Shown piece after piece: positions 31,404 to 41,413 of a stretch of DNA of 64,000 bases. How positions within the stretch are numbered: the stretch's first letter is position 1; every line of letters starts with the position of its first letter. Below the pieces are notes generated by a model. It had not been told where the DNA came from and made no database searches. It saw only the letters and a program-made list of their open reading frames with translations. The translations under genes were made by a program, and so were the position numbers. The DNA is from a bacterium. GTDB taxonomy: Bacteria; UBP6; UBA1177. Location of the stretch: NCBI GenBank assembly GCA_017538365.1, contig JAFYIZ010000047.1, positions 10,197 through 74,196 of the forward strand, written 5' to 3'.

Positions 31404-31431
31404 TTGACAAATGCAAAGTCGAAATTATATT
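31404..31431 (+). promoter_or_regulatory. Putative sigma70 promoter of iscS-iscU
   Basis: TTGACA-16 nt-TATATT. Confidence 0.55.
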
Positions 31432-31469
31432 AGCGCCGGTGAATTTATTGTTTTTTAGGAGTTTTTAAA

Positions 31470-32660
31470 ATGACACACAGAATATACTTCGACAACAGCG
31501 CAACAACGCCGGTCAGACGTGAAGTCGTCGATGCGATCATGCCGTTTCTTACGGAACTCGGCGGCAATCCTTCAAGCAGACACTATGAAGGCAGAATCGT
31601 CAGGACTGCAGTGGAAGAGGCAAGGGCTAAAGTTGCTGCTGCCATCAATGCAGATCCGTCTGAGATCTACTTCAATTCATGTGCAAGCGAAGGCAACAAC
31701 ACCGTTCTTCGCGGCTACATGATGGGACTTGGCAAAAACGCGGCGAAAAACCACATCATCACGACTGCGGTTGAGCATCCGAGCATTTTCAACACCGCTG
31801 CGGCACTTGAAAAAGAGGGCTTCGAGGTTACTTATCTTCCCGTTGACGAGAAGGGAAACCTCAATCTTGACGATCTCCGCAAAGCGATAAAGGAAAACAC
31901 CGGCCTTATTTCGACTATGTTTGTAAACAACGAGATCGGAAATATCTATCCGGTCGAAGAAATCGGAAAAATTGCCCATGAGCACAACATTCTTTTCCAT
32001 GTCGACGCGGTTCAGGCTGTCGGCAAAATCCATGTCGACGTCAAAAAAATCGGCTGTGACTTTCTGACGGTTTCAGCGCATAAATTCTACGGTCTCAAAG
32101 GTGTCGGCGCACTTTTTGTAAAACGCGGAAGAGTGCTCAAAAACCTTCTTACCGGCGGTCATCAGGAAAAGGGAAAACGCCCGGGAACGGAAAATGTTGT
32201 CGGCATAATCGGCATGGGAAAGGCGATAGAACTTGCTGTTGCAGAACTTGACGACGAAGCAAAAAGAGTTGCGGCTTTAAGAGACCGCCTCGAAAAGCGG
32301 GTTCTTGAAGAAATTCCTTTCACGAGAGTTGTCGGAGATCCTTCACACAGAGTTCCTACCCTTTCAAACATTTCGTTCAGATTTGTTGAAGGCGAGGGGA
32401 TTCTGCTCAAACTCGACACCGAAGGAATCGCGGTTTCAACCGGTTCGGCGTGTTCTTCGAGCGACCTCAAGGCAAGCCACGTCATCACCGCTATGCACGG
32501 AGACCCGGAAGAGGCTCATTCGAGCATCCGTTTTTCGCTTGGAAAATATTCGACAATTGAAGATGTTGACTACACTGTCGAAACTTTGAAAAATACAATT
32601 TCGCTGCTTCGCAGTTTTTCACCGATTTACGATGAATTCGTTAACAAAAACAAACACTAA
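31470..32660 (+). CDS. iscS: Cysteine desulfurase (IscS/NifS type)
   Basis: YFDNSATT, GNPSS, EHPS, HVDAVQ, SAHKFYG, STGSACSS. Confidence 0.95.
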   Translation: MTHRIYFDNSATTPVRREVVDAIMPFLTELGGNPSSRHYEGRIVRTAVEEARAKVAAAINADPSEIYFNSCASEGNNTVLRGYMMGLGKNAAKNHIITTAVEHPSIFNTAAALEKEGFEVTYLPVDEKGNLNLDDLRKAIKENTGLISTMFVNNEIGNIYPVEEIGKIAHEHNILFHVDAVQAVGKIHVDVKKIGCDFLTVSAHKFYGLKGVGALFVKRGRVLKNLLTGGHQEKGKRPGTENVVGIIGMGKAIELAVAELDDEAKRVAALRDRLEKRVLEEIPFTRVVGDPSHRVPTLSNISFRFVEGEGILLKLDTEGIAVSTGSACSSSDLKASHVITAMHGDPEEAHSSIRFSLGKYSTIEDVDYTVETLKNTISLLRSFSPIYDEFVNKNKH

Positions 32661-32674
32661 GATAGGAGAAAATC

Positions 32675-33055
32675 ATGAATTACACAGAAAAAGTTATGGA
32701 TCATTTCCTTCATCCGCGCAATGTCGGCAAAATCGAAAATCCCAATGCTGTTGCCGAGGTCGGAAACGCTCAGTGCGGCGATATCATCAAACTCTTTTTG
32801 CGCATCAATCCTGAAGGTATAATCGAAGACATTTCTTTCGAAACTTTCGGCTGCGGCGCTGCGATCGCGACTTCTTCAATGACGACCGAAATGGTCAAGG
32901 GAAAGCACATCGACGAAGCTCTTCTCGTTACAAGAGACGTCGTTGCAGAAGAGTTGGGCGGTCTTCCCGCAAGCAAAATGCACTGCTCGAACCTTGCTTC
33001 GGAAGCTCTGCACAAAGCAATCAACGAATACAAGGCGAAGTACAATCTCAAATAG
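32675..33055 (+). CDS. iscU: Fe-S cluster scaffold IscU/NifU-N
   Basis: HPRNVG, CGD, FGCGAAIATSS, KMHCSNLA. Confidence 0.95.
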   Translation: MNYTEKVMDHFLHPRNVGKIENPNAVAEVGNAQCGDIIKLFLRINPEGIIEDISFETFGCGAAIATSSMTTEMVKGKHIDEALLVTRDVVAEELGGLPASKMHCSNLASEALHKAINEYKAKYNLK

Positions 33056-33067
33056 CAAAAGTTCTTT

Positions 33068-34192
33068 ATGGATCTTTTGAAAAAAATCTCTTTTTTATTT
33101 GTTTTTTTCACATTTGTTTTTCCTCTTTACGCTTTTGATGTCGACGAACTTCTTGACGGTGACGGTCTGTCGAGCGGTTTTACCCATTTTTTAAGAATCG
33201 GGATAAAAACCGACGTCGTGTCATTTTCACTCGAAGGTGATGCCGGAATTTTTGATAAAAAGGAACGTGCCGTAGGAGAAATTCAGGGGCATGTGACTGT
33301 TTCGGCACTGCAGGGCGGAATAAAGGTCGGCAGCAAAGTTTTCAATGAGAATATGCTGAAATTCACTTCGGAACTCATTCCGCTCAAATTCGAAGGGAGA
33401 ATGTTCAGAGGCGAGATCGAAGTCCACCTTAAAAACTCAAAACTTATCGTTGTCAACAAGCTCGATATCGAAGATTACGTCAAAGGAGTAATCAACAAAG
33501 AGGCGATTCCGTCATGGCCGGTTGAAGCGAAGAAAACGCAGGCGGTTTTAGCGAGAACTTTCGCGGTTTATCAGAAAATGTTCAACCCGAGAAGCGAATT
33601 TTTTGACCTCGCGCCGACAGTTTTAGATCAGGTCTATGACGGACTCGGAAAAGAGGATGTCACTTCGGTCGAAGCGGTCAATGCGACAAGAGGCGAGGTT
33701 ATAACTCTTGGCAACGATCCTGCAAAAATTTACTTCCATTCGACCTGCGGAGGAACGATTTCGAGTTCGGCTGAAATCTGGAAAAAAGATGAACCGCATT
33801 TGCAGGAGTTGCATTGTCCTTACTGCACAAAGTCGTCGCTTTACCGCTGGAAAAGAAACCTCAAAGCAACCGATATCGCAAAAAAATTGGGTGTGAAATC
33901 GGTGAAGTCGATTTCAACCGTGCGCGGAAAAACGAGAGTCGATTCGGTAGTCGTTGACGGTAAAAAAATTCCGGTCAACAAATTCCGTGAGCTTGTCGGT
34001 TTTTCGGTAATCTGGTCGAACGATTTCACGGTCGCCAAAAGCGGCGCGAACTTCGTTTTTTCAGGCAAAGGCGCCGGACACGGAGTAGGAGTCTGCCAGT
34101 GGGGCATGGCGGGAATGGCTGCTCAGGGGAAAAATCACTACGAAATCCTGAAATTCTATCTCAAAGGAATTGAAATCAGAAAAATGTATTAG
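33068..34192 (+). CDS. SpoIID/LytB domain protein (lytic transglycosylase)
   Basis: EDYVKGV...E, QAVLART, DQVY, FHSTCGG, GHGVGVCQWG. Confidence 0.93.
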   Translation: MDLLKKISFLFVFFTFVFPLYAFDVDELLDGDGLSSGFTHFLRIGIKTDVVSFSLEGDAGIFDKKERAVGEIQGHVTVSALQGGIKVGSKVFNENMLKFTSELIPLKFEGRMFRGEIEVHLKNSKLIVVNKLDIEDYVKGVINKEAIPSWPVEAKKTQAVLARTFAVYQKMFNPRSEFFDLAPTVLDQVYDGLGKEDVTSVEAVNATRGEVITLGNDPAKIYFHSTCGGTISSSAEIWKKDEPHLQELHCPYCTKSSLYRWKRNLKATDIAKKLGVKSVKSISTVRGKTRVDSVVVDGKKIPVNKFRELVGFSVIWSNDFTVAKSGANFVFSGKGAGHGVGVCQWGMAGMAAQGKNHYEILKFYLKGIEIRKMY

Positions 34193-34268
34193 CCGCCGTC
34201 TTGCCTTTTTTAAGCTTTCTCTTAAAATCGTCCGGTTTTTGATTTTTGTTAATCAGAGGGAGTTTCAA

Positions 34269-35723
34269 ATGAAAAAAGTTTTAACTATTTCAGTTTTTGC
34301 TGCTTGTCTCGTTTCGTTCGCTTCGTGCGGAAGCAGCGGTGAGGGCGGCGGTGAAAGTTTTTACGGTCCACAGTGCGGCAACGGCAAAATCGAATCCGGT
34401 GAAGTGTGTGACGGTGATGTAACCTGCGGTGAAGCGGGACATTTCTGGCCGGAAGGCAAAGCAACCTGCAATTCTGACTGTTCCGCTTACGATACCAGCA
34501 AATGTGTAGCTAGAGATCCTAGCGATAAATGCGGAAACGGACAGATTGACAGCGGCGAATCTTGTGAACAGGGCGACACGAAGCCGTGTTCAGAGCTTTC
34601 AGACAACTTTACTCAGGGCGATGCAAAGTGCAAAAGAGACTGCCGCGGATGGAATCCGGAAGATTGTTCTAACGGCGGAAAGGTCAAACCGTGTTCTCTG
34701 ATTCTTGAATGCGTACTGAAATGCGCCGATTCTTCCTGCGAAACTGCCTGCAAAGAGGCCGGAACAGATCAGGGTGCTGCTCTTTATGCAGATCTTGAAA
34801 CATGTGCGGCTGCATGCGGCGGCGTTGCTGACGAAGATTGCCTCATAAAAACATGCTACAATGAATATTATGCATGCAATCCTAATAAAAAATGCGGAAA
34901 CAAGGTGCTTGACGAAGGCGAATTGTGCGAAAAGAAAGATACCAAGCCCTGCCAGGAACTCAACACTGATAGTAAGCAGTATCAGCCGGTAAACGAAGCT
35001 GTCTGCAACTCTTCATGCACAGGTTGGGATACATTTTCCTGTGTTGATATCAATGCTCTCACCTGCTATCAGGTTTTCGAATGTGTTCAGGAGTGCAGCG
35101 ATTCAGAGTGTGAAGCAGCCTGCATTTCAAAAACCTGGACAGAAGCAAAGAGTATATACGATACGATGATGGCTTGTCTCGACAAGAACTGTCCGGTAAT
35201 CACCGACGAGTGCATGAACGAGTTCTGCAAATTCCAGACTGATTCATGTAAAACTCATCTGACCTGCGGAAACGGCATCGTTGATAAACAGTATGAAGTT
35301 TGTGATACCAAAGATGAAAATGCAGGATTTATAGATTGCGGCGAAATAAAGGATGAAAAAGGCGAATCTATGTATGAAGCTGGAACCGGAACAGCTTTCT
35401 GCGGACCAAAGTGCACCACATTTGAGACTGATTTGTGTTACAGATTCTGCAGCTGTGCTGAAGTTCAGAAGTGCATAGAGCAGGAGTGCGGCGGTTATCC
35501 GAAAAGCAACGCCGAAAATACCGATGAAAAGATTGCCTGCATGGAAACATGCGAAAGCTGGGGAACTTATGTAGGAAAAGGCGATACGGCAGGTTACCGT
35601 AGATATATGGAAGCTTGTTCCGACAGTAACGGAGCTTCAGCTTGGGATTCAGATACATGCCGTCAGCAGGTAAGTGCAGACTGCAGTGATACCGATACAA
35701 ACGATCCCAGATGTCCTTACTAA
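34269..35723 (+). CDS. Cys-rich lipoprotein with four Myxococcus-type CGNG repeats
   Basis: Lipobox FASC; CGNGKIESGEVCD, CGNGQIDSGESCE, CGNKVLDEGELCE, CGNGIVDKQYEVCD, interleaved with CxxxxxCxxxC modules. Confidence 0.85.
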   Translation: MKKVLTISVFAACLVSFASCGSSGEGGGESFYGPQCGNGKIESGEVCDGDVTCGEAGHFWPEGKATCNSDCSAYDTSKCVARDPSDKCGNGQIDSGESCEQGDTKPCSELSDNFTQGDAKCKRDCRGWNPEDCSNGGKVKPCSLILECVLKCADSSCETACKEAGTDQGAALYADLETCAAACGGVADEDCLIKTCYNEYYACNPNKKCGNKVLDEGELCEKKDTKPCQELNTDSKQYQPVNEAVCNSSCTGWDTFSCVDINALTCYQVFECVQECSDSECEAACISKTWTEAKSIYDTMMACLDKNCPVITDECMNEFCKFQTDSCKTHLTCGNGIVDKQYEVCDTKDENAGFIDCGEIKDEKGESMYEAGTGTAFCGPKCTTFETDLCYRFCSCAEVQKCIEQECGGYPKSNAENTDEKIACMETCESWGTYVGKGDTAGYRRYMEACSDSNGASAWDSDTCRQQVSADCSDTDTNDPRCPY

Positions 35724-35856
35724 AATAAAATCCAATATTTCTGAACTCAGTTCCCGCATTTGACAATTAACTTCTTTTTTAACCTTGCCATTTTTCCGAA
35801 AATCTTTAAAATTTTGTGCGTTTTTTTGAAAGGATTGTTTTTTTACGGAGATAAAA

Positions 35857-37830
35857 ATGAAAAAGGTCCTGTTTTTAATTGTTTTAACGGCTATGTTTCT
35901 GGTTGTTTCGTGCGGCGGAGACAAGAAAACGGAAAATCCAGATGCAGATGAAACCGTTACGGATGAAGATTCTGCCGATGCCGAAGAGACCGGAGACAAC
36001 GATCATCCGGGTGATACCGAAGTTTCAGACACGACTTCGGATACTTCCGATTCAACAGACGATTCTGCGGATTCCTCCACGGATGACACGGATTCTGCAA
36101 CGGATACAACGACTCCCGACGATGATTCAGCTACTTCTGAACAAGGCAGGAAACAGGGCGAACTTTACGGCGAATGTTATCCGAACAATACCTGCAACGA
36201 AGGACTTATCTGTGATATCGAAAACAATATCTGCATCAAAGATCCCGACGCCCAAAATGATGACGACACGGATACACCTGATGAAACAACAGGTGGTGAT
36301 AGCGATACAACGCCTGAAGATGCAGATCCAATTGAAAATTCTGATGAGATTAACGATCCTGTCGATCAAGACCAAAATCAGGAAGAATCGGATGATAATA
36401 ACGATTACGATAATCCTGAAAATCCAGACAACGATGCCGATTCCGGAGATTCGACTTTGGATGATGACAGCGATGCTGCGGATTCAGAACCAGACCATGA
36501 TTCAGACAATCCTGAAATTATCGACAATGATGCAGACGCCATTATTTTCGACCCGTGCGACTCTGATCCGTGTTCTGGAATCACATATTCTACCGGATTG
36601 TGTACAATGACCGATGAAGGTTATACATGCGGCTGCCTTGAACATTATTCATGGAACGGTTCTGTGTGCAAAGCCGTTTCAATAGAAGATGTCGATTGCA
36701 TAGGCAAGCCCGAAAACGCTGTCTGGAACACTGTTGACAAAATCCGTCAGACTTGGGACGGTGAAGAGTGGTATCCTTCAAACGAAGCTGTTTACAACAC
36801 GAATCCGAGCGATAAAGAGTGCCGTTTTATATGCGACACTGACTTCACGTGGAATGGAACAGAGTGCGAGAGCACTGTAAGCAATTATTTGCCACTCGGC
36901 AATATCTGCACTGGAGAGACGTTGTGCTACAACGCATCATCGTCAATTACATGTCCGACCTTATCAACTGCTAATTTTTACGGACAGGATGCGCAATACA
37001 CAAGTAAATGCACGGCACAGAGTTTTTCATCTTCATGGAATGTAGTCGTAGACAACAATACAGGACTTACTTGGGAAAAATCACCGTCGCCAGACAACTA
37101 CACTTGGTATGAATCAATCAACAATGCAACCAACCACTGCTCCGAATTGAACAAATCAAATTACGGCGGAATCAACAGCTGGCGTATTCCGAATCCGATG
37201 GAGTTGTTGACTATTGTTGATAACAGTTATCGTCAGGCAACGAACTCGAATTTTACAGGAATGCCGTGGTCCTCTTATTTATGGACATCGCAGGAAAATA
37301 AAAGCAATACAGGTTATGCTTATATATTTTCTCCGAGTAGTGGATATTATTATATGGATACAGCATCGTCTACTTCTTATTGTAAAAAGAGCCAAACTCA
37401 TCATATCCTTTGTGTAAGTGGTAACGAAATGCAACCTGCGACATCTGCTGATTTTACGAGGCAGACGATAAACGGAAAAGTTGTTGTTACCGATTCAAAG
37501 ACAGGTCTTATGTGGCAGAAGGAGTATGCAACAGACAAAACATGGCAGCAGGCTCTTGCATATTGTCAGAGCTTGAATGGTGAGAGTTACGGTGGCTATT
37601 CTGATTGGCGTCTGCCCAATAAGAACGAACTGGCATCACTCTTGGATCCCGGCAAATCCAAAGCTCCCTATTCGAACTTCCCGGATATGCCGAGCAATAA
37701 TTTTTGGTCTTCATCTACAGGTGTTACCTATGCAAACTACGCTTGGCTCGTAAGATTCAATATCGGCGATCTGACCTACACCGATAAGACTAGCTCCAAT
37801 AATGCCCGCTGTGTCCGCAACGCTGATTAG
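35857..37830 (+). CDS. Lipoprotein with acidic linker and two DUF1566 (Lcl C-terminal, CLec-fold) domains
   Basis: Lipobox VVSC; DNNTGLTW...WRIPNPMEL and DSKTGLMWQ...WRLPNKNEL...WSSS...ARCVR. Confidence 0.9.
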   Translation: MKKVLFLIVLTAMFLVVSCGGDKKTENPDADETVTDEDSADAEETGDNDHPGDTEVSDTTSDTSDSTDDSADSSTDDTDSATDTTTPDDDSATSEQGRKQGELYGECYPNNTCNEGLICDIENNICIKDPDAQNDDDTDTPDETTGGDSDTTPEDADPIENSDEINDPVDQDQNQEESDDNNDYDNPENPDNDADSGDSTLDDDSDAADSEPDHDSDNPEIIDNDADAIIFDPCDSDPCSGITYSTGLCTMTDEGYTCGCLEHYSWNGSVCKAVSIEDVDCIGKPENAVWNTVDKIRQTWDGEEWYPSNEAVYNTNPSDKECRFICDTDFTWNGTECESTVSNYLPLGNICTGETLCYNASSSITCPTLSTANFYGQDAQYTSKCTAQSFSSSWNVVVDNNTGLTWEKSPSPDNYTWYESINNATNHCSELNKSNYGGINSWRIPNPMELLTIVDNSYRQATNSNFTGMPWSSYLWTSQENKSNTGYAYIFSPSSGYYYMDTASSTSYCKKSQTHHILCVSGNEMQPATSADFTRQTINGKVVVTDSKTGLMWQKEYATDKTWQQALAYCQSLNGESYGGYSDWRLPNKNELASLLDPGKSKAPYSNFPDMPSNNFWSSSTGVTYANYAWLVRFNIGDLTYTDKTSSNNARCVRNAD

Positions 37831-37839
37831 CGCACTGTT

Positions 37840-38265
37840 TCAAAACACAACTTCTTGATTCTTCAGCACGAGTTCCAGCATTTCCCGGGGAGTGACCACA
37901 AAACACTGTTCCGGAAAATGTTTTATGTTGCCTGTCACGAGGTATGTTTCGTCAGATTTTCTGTTTTCCATAGTTATTTCGTAAAAAACTCGGTCTTTCG
38001 GATCAGGGAAATTCAAATCAAGGGTTTCAGCTTTTATCGATAGGCCCAATTCTTCAATATTGCCGACAAAATCCTCAATTATCTGCTTGCTCAGATTGAA
38101 TTTCGGTCTGCTTAAAACTTCGCGGTATTCATTAAGTATTTCGTCATTAAAAACGGGTGTGATGATGCCGTCGAACACGAGTTCCAGAATGTTTCCCGGA
38201 AGAGACTGCCATTTCAGCATTGCCGAAACGACGACATTCGTATCTATCACGGCGTAATAATGCAT
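37840..38265 (-). CDS. PIN-domain toxin (PIN_3-like)
   Basis: AVIDTNVVVSA, EYREVL, PDPKDRVF, LVTGNIKHF. Confidence 0.9.
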   Translation of the reverse strand: MHYYAVIDTNVVVSAMLKWQSLPGNILELVFDGIITPVFNDEILNEYREVLSRPKFNLSKQIIEDFVGNIEELGLSIKAETLDLNFPDPKDRVFYEITMENRKSDETYLVTGNIKHFPEQCFVVTPREMLELVLKNQEVVF

Positions 38266-38538
38266 CTACTTCCGCGCCTCTGCGATTTCTGCATTGATCT
38301 CGTCAAGAGTCATTTCACTGTTTCCGTTCTGTTCGGCAATCCTGCTTGCAGCTTTCATTGCGGCAAGACCGCGGCTTTCTTCCAGTTTCATCGAAAAAGG
38401 AATCCCGTTTTCGCGCACCAGTCTGGTTACGCACATTCTCAAATAAGTCGGAAGATCAATTCCCAGCTGCTCGCACACAACAAGTGCCTGTGCTTTTGTG
38501 GAATCTTCCATTCTGAACTGAACAAACGATGTCGACAT
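38266..38538 (-). CDS. RelB/DinJ family antitoxin
   Basis: VQFRME...K...LGIDL...ENGIPF; GGAGG RBS before ATG 38538; abuts the PIN gene. Confidence 0.88.
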   Translation of the reverse strand: MSTSFVQFRMEDSTKAQALVVCEQLGIDLPTYLRMCVTRLVRENGIPFSMKLEESRGLAAMKAASRIAEQNGNSEMTLDEINAEIAEARK

Positions 38539-38566
38539 TTTTACCTCCATAAAAATTCGCTTGTTC

Positions 38567-38596
38567 ATTATATCACAAATGCAATCAAATGCAATC
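38567..38596 (-). promoter_or_regulatory. TA promoter overlapped by a 10-bp direct repeat (probable operator)
   Basis: Minus strand TTGCAT-16 nt-TATAAT; AAATGCAATC twice at 38577-38596. Confidence 0.6.
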
Positions 38597-38835
38597 AATA
38601 AATTTCAAATAATTGCAAAAATTGTGATTTTGTCTGCAAAACACAACTTTGTCTTCCGTATTTAAAGATCTAAAAACAAATTTTTACAAACTAAAATATT
38701 ATTTTTATGAATATTGTCAACTTAAAAACTTATTTTATTGACAAAAATGCTCTAAGATTTTATTCGAAATGCTCGTCTGCTTGATTTAAAAGCCCGTTTT
38801 TGTAAAATTTGACGTTTGTTTTTGAGGGCGGAAAA

Positions 38836-40164
38836 ATGAAAAAACTAATAATTTCAATGTTTTTATTGTTTCCTATCTTGTTCCTTCAAGCTGAAGAACA
38901 GAAAGATGTCGTTTTGCGGATGACGGAAGACGAACTCAAGGCTTGTTACGAAAACAAGGAAAAAACGGAACAGCGGTTTCTGATAAAAAAAGACTATGTA
39001 GGTCACATGGGGTTTATAGACGGCTGCGGTCGAGTTGTCATTGAACCGGTTTATTATTCCGCGCTTGAATTCAGTGAAGGCCTTGCCCGTGTCAAAAAAG
39101 ACGGCAAATTCGGATTTATAGACAAGTCCGGTAAAGTCGTAATCAATTTTTATCTCGATTTCGCGTGGTTTTTTCATGAAGGGAAGGCTCTCGTTGAAAT
39201 ACACGGAGACAAAGAAGAGAAATTTTATATTGACAAAGAGAATAAAAGATACCCCGTAAGAAACGAGGAAAATCCTACAGAAAAAGTCGTGAGATTCAGA
39301 AAACATTATGACAATTTGATTTATGAAGAGAAAACATATAGCGGTCTTGCCTTCGGTGGTTATGCTGAATGGAAAAAACAGTTTTATACCGACTATTCCG
39401 GTCAGAAACTCAGTGTTATCAGTGTTTTAAAAGATGAACTCATCGACAGTTGCAAAAATACAAAACTGCTGGAAAATGAGGGGGATATAACTTTTTTAAA
39501 AAACGGCAATGTGTTAAAAACATTAAAAAATACTGCTGTTTACAGTTTGCCGATATGCCAGGACAGGTTGACTGGAATAGTGTGGCTTAAGAAAAACAAA
39601 AACAATTCTTTTCTCGAATATTTTATGCAAGCAGGCAGAGATTTTTTCCATATAAGTGAAGAAACTCTGTTTATTTACAACTTGGACGGAATCAAAATCG
39701 CCGGATTTGAAAACGACTATATCATAAGAAAAATCGAATACTTGGATGAAAATAGCATCAAAGTTAGTTTTTATGACGGCAGAGAACCTGAATTTTTTGA
39801 CCTGACTGGAAAACAGAGACACGTTGAAGATGTTGAAGAAAAACCTTTCTGGCTTCCCGGAATCAAGTGCGATTTTATTTGTGAGGCGGAAAGAAAAGGC
39901 AAAAAACTGAGTCTTGAGGATAGAACTAAATATAAAATTTGTCCGAAAACCGGATACGAATACAGGGATAAAAGAATCGACGGAAAATTTGTCCGCGAAA
40001 TCTATAATACAAAAACAGGTGAAACGATAATAACAATAGGTGCTTATGCATCTCTCAGAAATTATGAAAGCTTGGAAGGAGGATGCCTTTCAGTTATCGA
40101 AACACCGGAAAATATCTACTATCTTAACGATGATTACAAAGTTTTCTGGAGCGGACGACGATAG
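38836..40164 (+). CDS. WG-repeat-containing exported protein
   Basis: Signal peptide; GFIDGCGRVVI, FSEGLARVKKDGKFGFIDKSGKVVI. Confidence 0.82.
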   Translation: MKKLIISMFLLFPILFLQAEEQKDVVLRMTEDELKACYENKEKTEQRFLIKKDYVGHMGFIDGCGRVVIEPVYYSALEFSEGLARVKKDGKFGFIDKSGKVVINFYLDFAWFFHEGKALVEIHGDKEEKFYIDKENKRYPVRNEENPTEKVVRFRKHYDNLIYEEKTYSGLAFGGYAEWKKQFYTDYSGQKLSVISVLKDELIDSCKNTKLLENEGDITFLKNGNVLKTLKNTAVYSLPICQDRLTGIVWLKKNKNNSFLEYFMQAGRDFFHISEETLFIYNLDGIKIAGFENDYIIRKIEYLDENSIKVSFYDGREPEFFDLTGKQRHVEDVEEKPFWLPGIKCDFICEAERKGKKLSLEDRTKYKICPKTGYEYRDKRIDGKFVREIYNTKTGETIITIGAYASLRNYESLEGGCLSVIETPENIYYLNDDYKVFWSGRR

Positions 40165-40171
40165 ATTTTAA

Positions 40172-41290
40172 TCAATTCAATATCAAATCTTTCTGGCTAA
40201 GAAGCTTGTCCACAACAGGATAAACCATTGTTGCATCTTCGAATCTGTTTATGGCGCACACTTTTTTGCCCGCGTCCTTGCTTGATGCGCCGCAGTGAAA
40301 CGCTTTTTCTGTTGCCGTTTTGTAATCTATGATGATAAATCTGTCGTGACAGTCGGGATTCGGTTTGATTGAAAGAGTCGGATACTGAGAATTGAAATCA
40401 TTCACTACAGAAGCTGTCAAATATCCTTTTCTGCCGTATCCGTTCTGCGTAAAAAGAATAACCTGCACGCCAGATTTTTTATGTTTCAGAAGGTCAAGAG
40501 TCTTGATATCGACATAGTTGTCAATCACAAAAATGCTTTTTTCAGCAAGGCTGTAAATATCGGTGTAAGCGACATCGGCTTCAAATTTCTGCCCTTTGTA
40601 GATGACAAAATTCTTAAAATCAGCATGGTGCACGAAATTTTCATTGATTTTGTCTATGTTTTCGCAGATTTTCTTGATCTCAGAATCATTCTTTTTCTGT
40701 TTTTCCGCAATAGTCAGCACCGAATTTGAAAGCAGCTGCATTTCGTTCCTTGTTACAAATTGCAGATTTTCCTGAACATAGTGTTTGAGTTCGCGGAAAG
40801 CGCGCATGATAAAAATGCTCTGCTGTTCCGCCAGTTCGCCGCGCAGAACCGTTGCAAGCATATATATTCCCTGTTCCGTAAAGGCGTAAGGCAGTTTTCG
40901 AACACCGCCTTCCTGCCCTGAAAATAATGTCTCTTTCCGTGAAGTCACAAATTGTGACTTCACCAAATTCTTGCCCTCTCTTGAAGTCGCATTTTGCGAA
41001 ATCAAGATTCCTGTTTCCCGTGAAGTCGCAATTTGCGACTTCACCAAATCATTGTTCTCACTTGAAGTCACAATTTGTGACTTCAAGATTTCAACTTCAT
41101 ATTTTGTCAGTTGGAACATAAAATCATCCGGAAATCTGGAAATGTTGCGTTTGACCTGCTGATTAAGCCTTTTTACTTCATATCCGTAAATTTCAGCCAG
41201 ATCAAAATCAAGCATTACAGGAAGCCCGCGAATTGTGTAAATTCTCGACTGCAAATCGTTTTCACTATGAATCGCAATGCCGTTTTTCAT
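40172..41290 (-). CDS. ORF6N-domain DNA-binding protein with C-terminal PLD-like domain
   Basis: IYTIRGLPVMLDFDLAEIYG...VKRNISRFPDDFMFQLT; PYAFTEQG; IDNY...HDRFIIID...GASSKDAGKK. Confidence 0.9.
   Translation of the reverse strand: MKNGIAIHSENDLQSRIYTIRGLPVMLDFDLAEIYGYEVKRLNQQVKRNISRFPDDFMFQLTKYEVEILKSQIVTSSENNDLVKSQIATSRETGILISQNATSREGKNLVKSQFVTSRKETLFSGQEGGVRKLPYAFTEQGIYMLATVLRGELAEQQSIFIMRAFRELKHYVQENLQFVTRNEMQLLSNSVLTIAEKQKKNDSEIKKICENIDKINENFVHHADFKNFVIYKGQKFEADVAYTDIYSLAEKSIFVIDNYVDIKTLDLLKHKKSGVQVILFTQNGYGRKGYLTASVVNDFNSQYPTLSIKPNPDCHDRFIIIDYKTATEKAFHCGASSKDAGKKVCAINRFEDATMVYPVVDKLLSQKDLILN
40939..41086. repeat. Four 25-bp palindromes in frame inside the ORF6N gene (periods 42, 39, 42)
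   Basis: Copies start at 40939, 40981, 41020 and 41062; consensus KTGAAGTCRCAAWTTGYGACTTCAM. Confidence 0.92.
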
Positions 41291-41413
41291 ATTTCTTACC
41301 GTACAAAATTGTAACAGAATATAAATAGACTTTTATTGTTTGAAAGTCAATAAAACTTTATTATATGATAAAAATTTTTAGAGATTTGTGTAGATGAAAT
41401 TGAAAATGGTGAT

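Noticed and set aside
38713-38744. TTGTCAA...TTGACAA inverted repeat
   Set aside because: Adequately explained by back-to-back -35 boxes in an AT-rich divergent promoter region
40939-41086. CRISPR array
   Set aside because: Spacers are only 14-17 nt and partly related to each other, the array is in frame inside a gene, and there are no cas genes or leader
37840-41290. Prophage or genomic island
   Set aside because: ORF6N and TA genes are present, but no integrase, structural genes, tRNA or att repeats were seen
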